Source: Octopus vulgaris (taxonomy: Eukaryota). From it: a stretch of DNA of 64,000 nucleotides. Within the stretch, counting starts at the first letter, position 1. Every line of letters starts with the position of its first letter. The notes under the pieces are model-generated. The model searched no databases, had not been told where the DNA came from, and saw nothing but the letters and a program-made list of their open reading frames with translations. The stretch is from positions 68,634,001 through 68,698,000 of the forward strand of contig OX597825.1 in NCBI GenBank assembly GCA_951406725.2. Direction: 5' to 3'. The position numbers were made by a program, and so were the translations under genes. Below are positions 39,092 through 57,560 of the stretch, in pieces.

Positions 39092-41331
39092 TATTTCACA
39101 GGAGTTGACTATTTGGAATCATTCATCTGGTGGGCTCATTAAAATAATTACTCCTAGTATATATACCGTGGTTGGTTCAAATAATGACTACCTCTATTTT
39201 GTTGGCTTTGTATTAAAGTTAACTAAAATATAGAATAGTTTAAAGTAGCTCTGATGAAACTGCTGGAATTAAGCTCAGTTCGAAACTGTTGGAATTAAGC
39301 TCAGTTCAACATTTGCTAAATTTGTCATGATGATTTATGTCCCTTCGTTATGCTAATTTTGTTGCTGTCTTACATGTGTCATTCGTCTTTTCGAATTTGA
39401 AAAACCTAAGTATTGAGATACTGGGGCAATTTAATCAACTACGACTTGTGTTGATTTAAAAAAAAAAAAGGTCTTTTCATTTCACTGTAGCCTGCCTCTG
39501 AACATTTTTGTGACTACGGTATTTACTTGAGTACACTTCTATGTCAAATGCTGAACTTGAAAGATAAAATTTTATCCGTTTTCTTTTTCTACTTCGCATT
39601 CCATCGTTGTATGTTTGAAAAAAGGTAAAATTAATTGAAATTTCAAAAACGATAAAGGAAGAACAGAGCTACAAAAACTCCCCTTAAAATACTCCGATAA
39701 ATATATTTTCGTGTTCATTCAAATAATATTGAAAGGGATTAAAATAAATGGGAAAAAACCTCCAACGAATTTATTTGACAACCCCATAAAATGTAACTTC
39801 CTCTTGTTGCAGCTAAAATCAGTATATTTTATCCTCTTATACAATGCCTTCTTCATTGTGTATCTACAAAATTTGTTCATTATTAACATCAGCGGTTATG
39901 TAAAATTTATGGTTTAAACCGATTCTTTGACGAAAAGAACCACATTTAAATAACAATGCATATAACAACAGGCTACAAATATATTAACAAAACTACCGAT
40001 TGCGGTAGATTGTATTCACTACACATCAGTGTTTCATTGGCCAGAAAATGAAATGCAAACATTGGTTGTTAGAACTCTTAAATATATTAATAATAAAAAT
40101 AAATGCGCCCTTTTAAAGCCTAGCCAGGCCCATGGGCCCAGTTTCCCGGTTTCAATGGCGTATGTGTTCCCCAGCTGGACAGGACGCCAGTTCATCGCAG
40201 CGTTACTCATTTTTGCCAGCTGAGTGGACTGGAGCAACGTGAAATGAAGTGTATTGCTCAAGAACACAACGCGTCGCCCGGTCCAGGAATCGAAACCACA
40301 TTCTTACGATCCACGCGCCTCCACCTTAAATATATTACCTTCTCTTAAATTTCTGTTCTACTCCCTCTATCTAAATCTCCCAATCTTGTTATACTTTAGA
40401 GATTTTGATAAAGAAAAAAGCAGTTATTTCAGTATAAAAATTGTAAAAATGATAGAACTATTGTATGAATTTAGATGTAATTTTGTTGACAGGATGTAAT
40501 GATTGTTGGTGTGCATTGTGAATGTGGTTTTTACAAGGTGTTATATTATTTTCGCCTGCTTAGGTAGGTTGAATGCAGCTGAGGTGAAAAGATGTCATAT
40601 TTTGTTCTCATATTTTCAACACGTCGTCAAATCCTGAGCATCGATTTCCATTCTCCATGCGTTTCTATAACTTGAAAGCTGCACAACTCCCATCAGAGAA
40701 AACCATTCCAAGATATGCCTTCATCTAATCTAGTGATGTAAGATAGATGGCGTTGCCCTATTGATGCACACATCTCGAGGTTTCATCGTTCATCTTGGCA
40801 AACATTTGTTCAGGGAAAATTTGAAGAAAATATTCAACAATTTATAGAACCCACCTTGCTAACAAAATCATCGATGAAATGACTAACTTCATGATCACTC
40901 TACTCTTTCTCAACTTGGGTTCATTGATCGATGAATTCGAATATATATATTCCAGTCAGAATCACTTAGACAGCAAATAAGTACAAATGACAATGTAATA
41001 CCTATTTCTTTATTACTCACAAGGGGCTAAACATAGAGGGGACAAACAAGAACAGACATAGGTATTAAGTCGATTACATCGACCCCAGTGCGTAACTGGT
41101 ACTTAATTTATCGACCCCGAAAGGATGAAAGGCAAAGTCGACCTCAGCGGAATTTGAACTCACAACGTTGCGCTAGACGAAATACCGCTAAGTATTTCGC
41201 CCGGCGTGCTTACGTTTCTGCCAGCTCGCCGCCTCCTCTGATTATGTTATCGAATCCAAGCACACTTTCTGTAATCAAATCATTGATAATATCACCAAAT
41301 TATGATTCAAAACTTGTGTTATCTATCAGGG

Positions 41332-41714
41332 TGGAGGCGCAATGACCCAGTGGTTAGGGCAGCGGACTCGCGGTCGTAGGATCGCGGTTTCGATTCCCAG
41401 ACCGGGCGTTGTGAGTGTTTATTGAGCGAAAACACCTAAAGCTCCACGAGGCTCAGGCAGGGATGGTGGTGATCCCTGCTGTACTCTTTCACCACAACTT
41501 TCTCTCACTCTTACTTCCTGTTTCTATTGTACCTGTATTTCAAAGGGCCGGCCTTGTCACTCTCTGTGTCACGCTGAATATCCCCGAGAACTACGTTAAG
41601 GGTACACGTGTCTGTGGAGTGCTCAGCCACTTACACGTTAATTTCATGAGCAGGCTGTTCCGTTGATTCGGATCAACCGGAATCCTCGTCGTCGTAACCG
41701 ACGGAGTGCTTCCA
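41332..41714 (+). mobile_element. Full-length tRNA-derived SINE, family C, with TSD
   Basis: TSD tatctatcagg at 41320-41330 and 41715-41725; A/B-box head. Confidence 0.9.
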
Positions 41715-42551
41715 TATCTATCAGGATGCTCGGAAATTAAAGCAAATAACGTAACTCGAAGAGAATCACGGATTAAATGCAATTATAAATGCATGGGGTG
41801 TGAAGAGAAAACATTTCGAAATGAAGTTCTTTCCAGATTGAAATTAAACTTCTCTTGCAAAGAAATGGAATAATTACTGCTTTTGGACAAAAACAAGGAC
41901 ATTATTCCAAAGGCAGTTGCTTGCTTTACATGACTTGTATTCACTACACATGCACCATTTCGTGGCTACAGATAAATCGTAATCTCTCTCTCTCTCTGTC
42001 ACATGTGTAGCTTATCAACATCACGTACTTGAACAGGATCGGAGATGAATCATTTCGCCAGTCCACTGCCTGTGTTTTAACCCTCGGTGCTTTGAGAGTA
42101 TATTCTCCACAACACCATATCGCAGCCTGCCGGCAAATATACGTTATATTTGCGTTAAGTATACGTGGTTGATAATGTATACAGCATTAACTCTACTTCT
42201 ATTTCATATTTGACTTTATTCGTACGAATGCATTTGTCTGGGCATGCCCACACATAGTTTGCACACCATGAGCATATAAATCGTGGGCTGACGAAGTGGG
42301 TCGTTAGCACGACGAGCAAAGTGCTTAGCGTTATTTCGTCCGTCTTTACGTTCTGAGTTCAAATTGCGCCGAGGCCGACTTCGCCTTTCATTCCTTCGGG
42401 GTCGATAAAATACGTAGCAGTTGATCATTGATTTGCCCTTTCCTTCAAAACTGCTGTGGGTGTGCCAAAATTTGAATCAAATTTTTATAGCATATCTAAG
42501 GCGGTTAGCTGGCTGAACCCGCGCGTGCGTGTGTATGTATTTATGCATGCA

Positions 42552-42588
<37 letters not shown>

Positions 42589-42591
<3 letters not shown>

Positions 42592-43282
42592 AAGGAATAC
42601 TAAAAGTGGGACAAGAACGCAAAACATCCAGACAGTTAAATGATACAAAAAAGGGACAACAAAACATCCAGACAGACAATACAAAAACGAACAAGGACGG
42701 GTCATTCGGAGGTTTCTTTCTTCAGTCGAGTTCCAGGTTATCTTTGCAATTTCGGCTGGTTATACTCGAGATTACTCTAATCTGTCCATCCCCAAAGAAA
42801 AACTAAGCTAAGAGCACTAGATTCATTGGAAGAAAGCAGTGAATGTATGCGAAAACAAGAACGGAAAAAAACCGAGAAATGGTACACAAATAAATTTGCA
42901 AATAAAGGACATAACAACAGGTGTTTTTCGACTAGGGACGAATTAAATTAAAGTGGCATGTGTGGAAGTGAAGCCTTACGGCAGGGACATAAGCGATGAC
43001 AGGCATAGGGTGGAATATAAATGTTGCACAGGTGGCAGTCGAACCAAGAAAGAAAGGTCAGGCGAGAGGTAGAGGCAGAGGGAGAGAAGAATTAAGGAGG
43101 GACGAGAAAAAAAGAAAAGGGACAGAGTGAAGTGAAAGAGGAGGGAAGGTGAGGGTGAAGAGAAAGCCAGAAAATGTGAGAGAGGGGGAACGAAAGAAAG
43201 CAGAGTGGAAAGAACGAAGTAAGTGTGAAGGGGCTGATAGAAAGAAGGATAGAATGAAAGAATAATAGAGTCGTACAAACTT

Positions 43283-43356
<74 letters not shown>

Positions 43357-43552
43357 AGAGACCAAAGTGTACGTACGCCGCTATATTTATATAAAAAGGA
43401 ATAGCAAAAATGGGACGAGAACGCAAAACATCCCGAGAGTTAGATGATACAAAAAAGGGACAACAAAACATCCAGACAGACGATACAAAAAATGCATGGA
43501 CGGGTCATTCGGAGTTTTCTTTCTTAAGTCGAGTTCCAGTTTATCTTTGCAG
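42589..43552. repeat. Two copies (about 42589-42750 and 43392-43552) of a microsatellite-associated interspersed repeat; a short inverted piece at about 22433-22475
   Basis: Shared gggac(a/g)agaacgcaaaacatcc...ggacgggtcattcggag...gtcgagttccag. Confidence 0.7.
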
Positions 43553-44647
43553 AAGTGTGTGTGCGTGAGAGAGAAAGAGAGAGAGGGGGGAGAGAGAGAG
43601 GGGGAGAGAGAGAGGGAGAGAGAGAGAGGGGGAGAGAGTGTGTGTGAGTGTCTGTGTGTCTGTGTGTTCTGTTACAGCCCAAAAGCTTCACAAAATGTTG
43701 TTCCGATTTTCACGGTAAGCGATCATCAGACAAAAAAAAAAAATCACCTCTGTCTTCTAATCGCTAACGTGAAACTCGGAATTACAGTTGTGAAGTTTTC
43801 CAGCTTCAATACCCTTTGGTATTCGAGTACTATTCTTTCCAGCTTGTTTTTGCACGTCTATGAAAGTCATCAATTGCTTCAATCTATCGAATAAAAGGCT
43901 ACAATATAAGCCTCTTGTTATTGACTCAATAACTTTGGTACGCGTTTCAATAGAGATTTATACAGAGAATGTGGGAAACGTGATAAATAACGGATATAAC
44001 TGCTTCCAATAGAACAAAAAAATTGAATTATTTGTTTTCATTTACTCAAAATGTTTATAAAATAGAAAGTCAAAAAGAACACAAACGAACAAATATTCAA
44101 ATGAAATAATACGAGTAAAGAAAAAGAAGAAGAAGGAATATTAAATTCTATTAAATTTGGGAAATGGAAACGAAACGAAACGAAAGCAAGGGTTAAAAAT
44201 ACAAATGTGTGTTTGTGTTGTTGATTTAATGCCGTGAGATATTTTAGAATGATACTTCAATTACGTCAAGAATTGTAAGGTTAGCAACAAGGGAAATAAC
44301 ATGGAACTTTCTGAGTGAGGGAAATAAATAAACATGGCGATGACGAGAGAATTGAGAGGGGGGAAAATAAAGATAACGGAGAAGAGGGGGGATTCAAGTA
44401 CTGAAGGAGGCACATACAGAGAGGAGGAGGAGGACAGATGGAGGGAGAGAGTGAGTGAGATACAGAAAGTGAGAGGAGAGGAACAGAAATAGAGAGAGAG
44501 GATGAGGGAGAAACACGGGGATGGAGGTAAGAGAGAGAGGAGAGATATAGACACATGCACAGCGGAGAGAGAATGATAGACTATGCTGGAGTATAAAAAT
44601 GAATGAGAGTAAGGAATCGTGAGCAATATTCATACACACACACACAG

Positions 44648-45853
<1,206 letters not shown>

Positions 45854-45855
45854 TA

Positions 45856-46035
45856 TATTTGATCTAGTTTCAGCTCACGAGCTATGGCCATGCTGGGGCA
45901 CCGACATTTGGTGTTGCTACATAATTTTACTTCACGAATTGCTTTTTAGCAATTGACATTTGGTGCATGAGAGAGTTTGATGCAGCTGCCCTCATCTGCA
46001 CCTCTTGCCGCGGAGTTGGTTCATCTGGGACACCT
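45856..46035 (-). mobile_element. LINE 3' terminus (CR1-group-like) sharing its tail with SINE A
   Basis: Minus strand reads PDEPTPRQEVQMRAAASNSLMHQ, then cggtgccccagcatggccatagctcgtgagctgaaac. Confidence 0.7.
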
Positions 46036-46148
46036 CACAGGAAGATATACGAAAATTACGATAATCCGGAACAGATATAACTACCTCTCCCAAATAAGTC
46101 TCAAAACTTCCGGAATACATGTCGTATAAGCATGCGAGTATACACATA

Positions 46149-46180
<32 letters not shown>

Positions 46181-46213
46181 CAAACCCTTTGTCATTTTGC
46201 ATTCATTGTAATA

Positions 46214-46244
<31 letters not shown>

Positions 46245-46587
46245 AACACACCCACATACACACACAAACACACACACACACATACACACATACATATTCA
46301 CATTCTCTGCTGTCGTCATTTCTAATTCTAGCAAATCAAGAAACATTGTTGGCGAACAATCAACTAATTCACATTTTAGAAAAGAAAAATTACAAACACA
46401 AATTTCCTCGGAAAAGTAACGAAACTTCAACAGCACAAATAGATTTTTTTCTCTTCTTTTTGTACGTATTTTTCGATCGTTTGCAACAAAATTTACGGAA
46501 AATCTCAATTACAAGCAGTTTTCTTAATTGAATCCATTATTACTTTTGAGTTCTACATCATCTTCATTGTACGACAATGGTTGTTTA

Positions 46588-46980
46588 TCTCTCTATATAT
46601 AAAGCTGAAGTTGTCTGTGTATGGCAGGTTTGGTAGCCTTCAACTAACACTATCTCCTCCGAGACCCTGCAGCGCAAGTTGACTAAAATTGAGAGTATGA
46701 TAGAAGAAGGCTTGCTCTTCCTTCCGTAGAAGATAAAATTCAAATCGGGCCATGTTAACACCAAAAATTATTTACATCAAAAAGGTGCTTTTTTTCCATG
46801 AAAATCTCTATTTTTTACGATTTTTTTGACTACAGTGTCGCCATTTTTCGGTGTATTTCAACCAGAAAAATGTTCACTTAAAGAGAACAACAAGCTACAC
46901 AATGCAAAATGTTTACTCTTAAAAAATTTCAATTCTAAAGGGTTGAAACAAACCCGAGCAACGCCGGGCGATACTGCTAG
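46588..46980 (+). mobile_element. Non-autonomous Helitron
   Basis: a|TCTCTCTATATATAAAG ... cccgagcaacgccgggcgatactgCTAG|t. Confidence 0.85.
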
Positions 46981-47464
46981 TATTTGATATCTGAAAATTC
47001 ATTCACATTCATTTGTGTCGAGAAGTGTAATAAATATATCGCGTATTTCAATATCTGATATCAGAAAGTTTTTTGTCGAGAAGTATAATAAATATAATAT
47101 CCTGTAATATCCTATATAATATCCCATATTTCTATATCCTTCACAAATTTCTATCGCCACCTGAGTAACTATGATTTACACATCATTTACTTCCCTTTAA
47201 ATTCAATGATCAATCGATAATTATGAACAATTAGTTTCACATTAGCCTTGATCAGCTATTCAGGCAACTTTGAATTACCCTTCGCAGAAATATATAGCTG
47301 CAATGTAATCAATTAGGTAATCAATTTAATAATTAAATAGTTAAGTAATTAAATAATTAGATACTTAATTAGGAAACTTCCACATATGTCGGACCCTTTA
47401 TAACGGTCTCACGAATAGCGAAGATATTGGTGTTCATTGAATCGTGACCACCGTTTCAATACTG

Positions 47465-47521
47465 CAGCTGTTACTACTACTACTACCACCACCACCACCA
47501 CCACTACTACTACTACTACTG

Positions 47522-47591
<70 letters not shown>

Positions 47592-47616
47592 CACCACCAC
47601 CACCACCACCACCACC

Positions 47617-47651
<35 letters not shown>

Positions 47652-47851
47652 AACAACAACTGCTGCTGCTACAACAACGACAACAACTACGACGATGACT
47701 ACTACCACCACCACCACCACCACCCACCACCACTACTACTACTACTACTACTAGTAGTAGTTATTGTGTAGTTGTAGTAGTAGTAGTTATTGTGTAGTTG
47801 TAGTAGTAGTAGTTATTGTGTAGTTGTAGTAGTAGTAGTTATTGTGTAGTT

Positions 47852-47884
<33 letters not shown>

Positions 47885-47890
47885 ACAGTA
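47465..47890. repeat. (ACT)n/(ACC)n array switching strand to (TAG)n, with four copies of a 26-bp unit
   Basis: Switch point ctactactagtagtag at about 47745-47760; 26-bp units at 47761, 47787, 47813 and 47839. Confidence 0.95.
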
Positions 47891-47992
47891 ATAATAACGT
47901 CAAGTGTTCATATTAATAATAGTTATAATAACAGATAAAAATATCAATATCATTAATATCAACAATACTAAAAATTATTATAACAACAACTG

Positions 47993-48047
<55 letters not shown>

Positions 48048-48189
48048 AATAACGATGATGATGATGATGATGATGATGATAATAATAGCAATAACAAATA
48101 CTGATGATATTAATGATGGCAGTCTCTTTGCAAAGGAATATTTCGTTTGGAGAAATGAAAAACAAATTATTATATCCATCCTTTAAAAT

Positions 48190-48805
48190 TCTTTTCTACT
48201 TTCCTACTCAAGGTCCCAAACTTTGGGGGAGGGGGCCAGTGGATTAGATCGACTCCAGTGTGCAAATGGTACTTAATTTGTCGACCCCGAAAAGATGAAA
48301 CGCAAAGTCGACCTCAGCAGAATTTGAACTCAGAACGTAAAGACAGACGAAATACCTCTAAGTATTTCGACCGGCGTGCTAACGTTTCTTATTTCTTTAT
48401 TGCCCACAAGGGGCTAAACATAGAGGTTACAAACAAGAACAGACAAACGGATTAAGTCGATTGCATCGACCCCAGTGCGTAAATGGTACTTAATTTGTCG
48501 ACCCCGAAAAGATGAAACGCAAAGTCGACCTCAGTAGAATATGAACTCAGAACGTAAAGACAAACGAAATACCTATTTCTTTACTGCCCACAAGGGGCTA
48601 AACACAGAGGGGACAAACAATGACAGACATAAGTATTAAGTCGATTACATGGACACCAGTGTGTAACTGGTACTTAATTTATCGACCCCGAAAGGATGAA
48701 AGGCAAATTCAACCTCGGCGGAATTTGAACTCAGAACGTAACGGCAGACGAAATACGACTACGCATTTCGCCCGGCGCGCTAACGTTTCTGCCACCTCAC
48801 CGCTA
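48190..48805 (-). mobile_element. Tandem multimer (three cores) of SINE B
   Basis: The core gaccccgaaa(a/g)gatgaaa... recurs at about 48283, 48500 and 48684. Confidence 0.85.
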
Positions 48806-48841
48806 ATCTTGTATATGTTGACAGACGAGTATGTACACACG

Positions 48842-48953
<112 letters not shown>

Positions 48954-49276
48954 TTAATGTAAATGCATACACTATAAATGTAAATATTTGTTTCCCTACA
49001 TGTGTGTGTGTATGTGTGTGCCATTGTGTGCGTGCGCGTGTAGCGTCTTCGTGTGAAACTCATTCAAGAATTTCTCGTCTAGTCCAGAGACTTCTATATT
49101 GGCCTTTATGACGTCACAATATCGGAAACATTTTCTTCAAGACCTTCGTTTCAAATGATGCGGTGATTAGAGGCTAGGAAATCTGTGCTCGGGGGACGCA
49201 CCCGTACACCTGAAGACTTGAGTGAAGTCAGAGTCATCTTCACCTTGTTTTTGGTGTTTGTGGGGGATATTTTGAG

Positions 49277-50110
49277 CGGACCCTCATAGGTGTTCCCTCT
49301 ACACAGTTGTTTCCACATAACTTTCAGAAAAAATAGATATCTTTTAAGGAAATATTCTACAAATACCTCTTAGATAGCAGACATTACGACTCTATCAGAA
49401 TTTAAAGTGAAAAAAAAAATGAGATCGCACACACATATATACAGACACACATCCCAATTTATTTTTAAAATTTCAAGTTCCATTTTGTGGATATATATAT
49501 ATGTTATGTGTGTCAAAGGCGGCGAGCTGGCAGAAACGTTAGCACGCCGGGCGAAATGCTTAGCGGTATTTCGTCTGCGTTACGTTGAGTTCAAATTCCG
49601 CCGAGGTCGACTTCGCCTTTCATCCTTTCGGAGTCGATAAATTAAGTACCAGTTACACACTGGGGTCGATGTAATCGACTTAATCAGTTTGTCTGTCCTT
49701 GTTTGTCCTCTCTGTAGGTAGTAAAGAAATAGGTATTTCGCCCGTCGCTACGTTCTGAGTTCAAATTCCGCCGAGGTCGACTTTGCCTTTCATCCTTTCG
49801 GGATCGATAAATTCAGTACCAGTTACACACTTGGGTCGATGTAATCGTCTTAATCCGTTTGTCTGTCCTTGTTTGTCCCCTCTATGTTTAGCTCCTTGTG
49901 GATAATAAAGAAACATATATATGTTAAGTGTGTCAGTGTATATGTATGTACTTTCGCGAAATTTTTCTTTTGTTTTTCATATTAAATTCCGATATAATCG
50001 TAATCTGCAACACCTGAAAGGTATTTGTGGAGAATTTCTTTAAAAATATACCCTTTTTTCTGGAAATTATCAAGAAACTAAGTCGGGGACACAAATGTGT
50101 GGGTCTGCCG
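49277..50110. mobile_element. Old long-TIR (about 150 bp) foldback/MITE containing a SINE B dimer (49517-49912)
   Basis: 49277-49430 is an imperfect reverse complement of 49955-50110; the SINE is flanked by atatatatgtta(t/a)gtgtgtca. Confidence 0.65.
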
Positions 50111-50569
50111 TTTTATGCACCTTTGAGTTCTTAAACACCCTCTGTAACATGCTGGTTGGTACCATAACATAGTTACAAGATGTCCGGTATTGTTCCTTTA
50201 ACCGTATGAAACTCTTAGCCAGGCAATTTCAGGACAGGAAACCTGGAGATTCCAACCAGAAACGATACTTCACTCTCGATACATTCACATAGAATATTTC
50301 ATTGTAAACAATCGTGTAACTCTAAGGGGACTTGGATAGTAAGGACCAGTAAATAAGTGTCGTACATGAAATTTTCCTTTTTACTATAGGAACAGGGCTT
50401 GAAATTCGGTGGAGTGTGTAATCGATCATATTGGCCCTAAAGCCTGACTGGCACTTTTTTTTTAATCAACAAGAAAAGGATCAAAGAGAACCATCGTCAT
50501 CGGTGGGATTTGAACCCAGATTGCAAACGTAGACGAAATGCTGTCGGCGTACTAACCAATCTGCATAGA

Positions 50570-54470
<3,901 letters not shown>

Positions 54471-54851
54471 ACACAAATGCTCATTATTACCCACACCACA
54501 CATATATAATCAACATGCTTATGCGATTATTTTGTTCACACATGCTCAAGGACTTATACACCTACAATCATTTATGCTCTTACTTATCATGTACTCACGC
54601 CCTTAAACGCTCATACACATAAATATGTACTCTTTTACTCTTCTACTTGTTTCAGTCATTTGACTGTGGCCATGCTGGAGCACCGCCTTTAGTCGAGAAG
54701 ATCGACCGCAGGATTTATTCCTTGTAAGCTTAGTACTCATTCTATCGGTGTCTTTTGCCGAACCGCTAAGTTACGGGGACGTAAACACACCAGCATCGGT
54801 TGCCAAGCGATGTTGGGGGGACAAACAGACACACATGCACACACACACACA

Positions 54852-54914
<63 letters not shown>

Positions 54915-55021
54915 ATCACGTGACCGACCAGACCATCAGATGTTGTTACACATTGCTGGTCACAATGCGTTCGCATTGTTTAGCCTTTGAATGACGCCAC
55001 CCCGCTGGCTAAGCGAGCAGG

Positions 55022-55061
<40 letters not shown>

Positions 55062-55558
55062 TACGACGGACTTCTTTCAGTTTCCATCTACCAAATTCGC
55101 TCACAAGGCTTTGATTGACCCGAGACTATAGTAGAAGACTCTTGCCCAAGGTGCCACGTAGTGGAACTGAACCCAGAACCATGTGGTTCGTAAGCAAGCT
55201 ACTTACCACACAGCCACTCCACACACATGCACACACAAACACACACACACACACACACACACACATGCATACACATACACACATGTTATCACACACACAT
55301 GCACACACGAATATTTGTACAAACATATAATCAAACAAGCATACACATACATACACAAATGTTTCCATATATAGGAGTCGTGGCTAAGAACCTCGCTTGG
55401 CAACTATGTCATTTCGGGTTCAGTCCCTCTTCTCGGCACCTTAGATGCGTGGAGTCTTCTGCTATAGCCTCAGGCCGACCGGTACCTTCTCATTGAATTT
55501 GATAGGCGGAATCCTACAATCATACATACATACATACATACATACATACATACATACA

Positions 55559-55592
<34 letters not shown>

Positions 55593-55612
55593 CAAACATA
55601 CATACATACACC

Positions 55613-56392
<780 letters not shown>

Positions 56393-57502
56393 CCTTTCTA
56401 TGACAAGAACAAGGCCTGAAATCTTGTGGGAGGGCGTTAGTTAATTACATCGACCCCAGTATTTTGCTGGTACTTAATTTATCCAAAAGGATGAAAGTTA
56501 AAGTCGACCTCGGCGAAATTTGAACTCAGAACGCAAAGAGCAGGAATTAATCTCGCTTAGCATTTTGTCCACCGCACTCTGCTAGCTTCCCAATGACAGA
56601 ACCATTATAACATAAATTGTACTCTATAATGATTGAGAAGATGTGTAGTCTAGTGGTTAACGTGTTGAACTCACATCATGCCATGGATTCAGTTCCTAAG
56701 GTACTTTATTTAATGCTGCTCCAGGCTTCTTAGTAGAAATACGTATCAGCTGAGTTTCGACTAGGAATCGATCCAGGTTCGCAGTTTTGGTATGGTGGGA
56801 AAGAATTATCTATGTAGTTCACGTGTCATGCTGAATAGAATGAAGAATTAAGAAAAGTCATGTTTATTTAGTTTTGACTCCTAAAGAAGTAAAGCCATTA
56901 TTCTAACAGGACGGGATTACAACTTCCCGGTGACCACCTCGCCACCCTTCCATCCTAAGCTTTCTATTATCCCAACCGAAAAATGATTCAAGAATCAAAC
57001 ATATTCTTCTCCACCGTAACCTCTTCAACTACTGGGAATCAGATTAGAAAGCCTTATTCTTGCATTCCTTCAAGCAAGAAAATTATTAAGAATGGAATGG
57101 AAGATTATTGAGATTTTCGTACTTGAGATTTGGCACTGAACAGAATATCCTTTCTGGTGTTGGTGTTCTACAATGTTAAGCCTAATAATTCGATCACTGA
57201 TACACCCACACCTTTCTCTGTAATGTAATCAGGCAAGCGACTTTCGGGGGAGTTTTGCAATGCGTTATTCTATCGTGAAATATATATATATAAACTTTAG
57301 GAAATGTCTAAGGAATCTTGGACAATATGCTGAGTAAGATTTCGCCTGAAGTAAAGACAAAACATACGGAAATGTTAGCAGAGAGAGTTTATAGAAGAAA
57401 TGTCAAGAGAAATCCTTCAACAATCGAATAATAGCATCCAAAAAGCGAAATGCTTTAACGTTCCTAATCCAAGAAAATACTATTTACTTACCGACACATA
57501 TA

Positions 57503-57560
<58 letters not shown>

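Noticed and set aside
41332-41405. tRNA-like sequences at SINE heads (also about 7265-7336, 6463-6530 and 11833-11905)
   Set aside because: They continue into SINE bodies, some with TSDs, and lack a proper acceptor stem; not tRNA genes.
43678-43714. 37-nt plus-strand AG/GT-bounded segment
   Set aside because: Adjacent to a microsatellite and resembles Helitron-type internal sequence (ccgattttcacg); no partner exon.
47409-47754. Poly-Thr mucin-like and poly-Val ORFs
   Set aside because: Pure trinucleotide repeat with no splice or domain context.
49083-49162. Frame reading RDFYIGLYDVTISETF, reminiscent of a C-type lectin WIGL motif
   Set aside because: The key Trp and Cys residues are absent and no other lectin exons are seen; probably chance.
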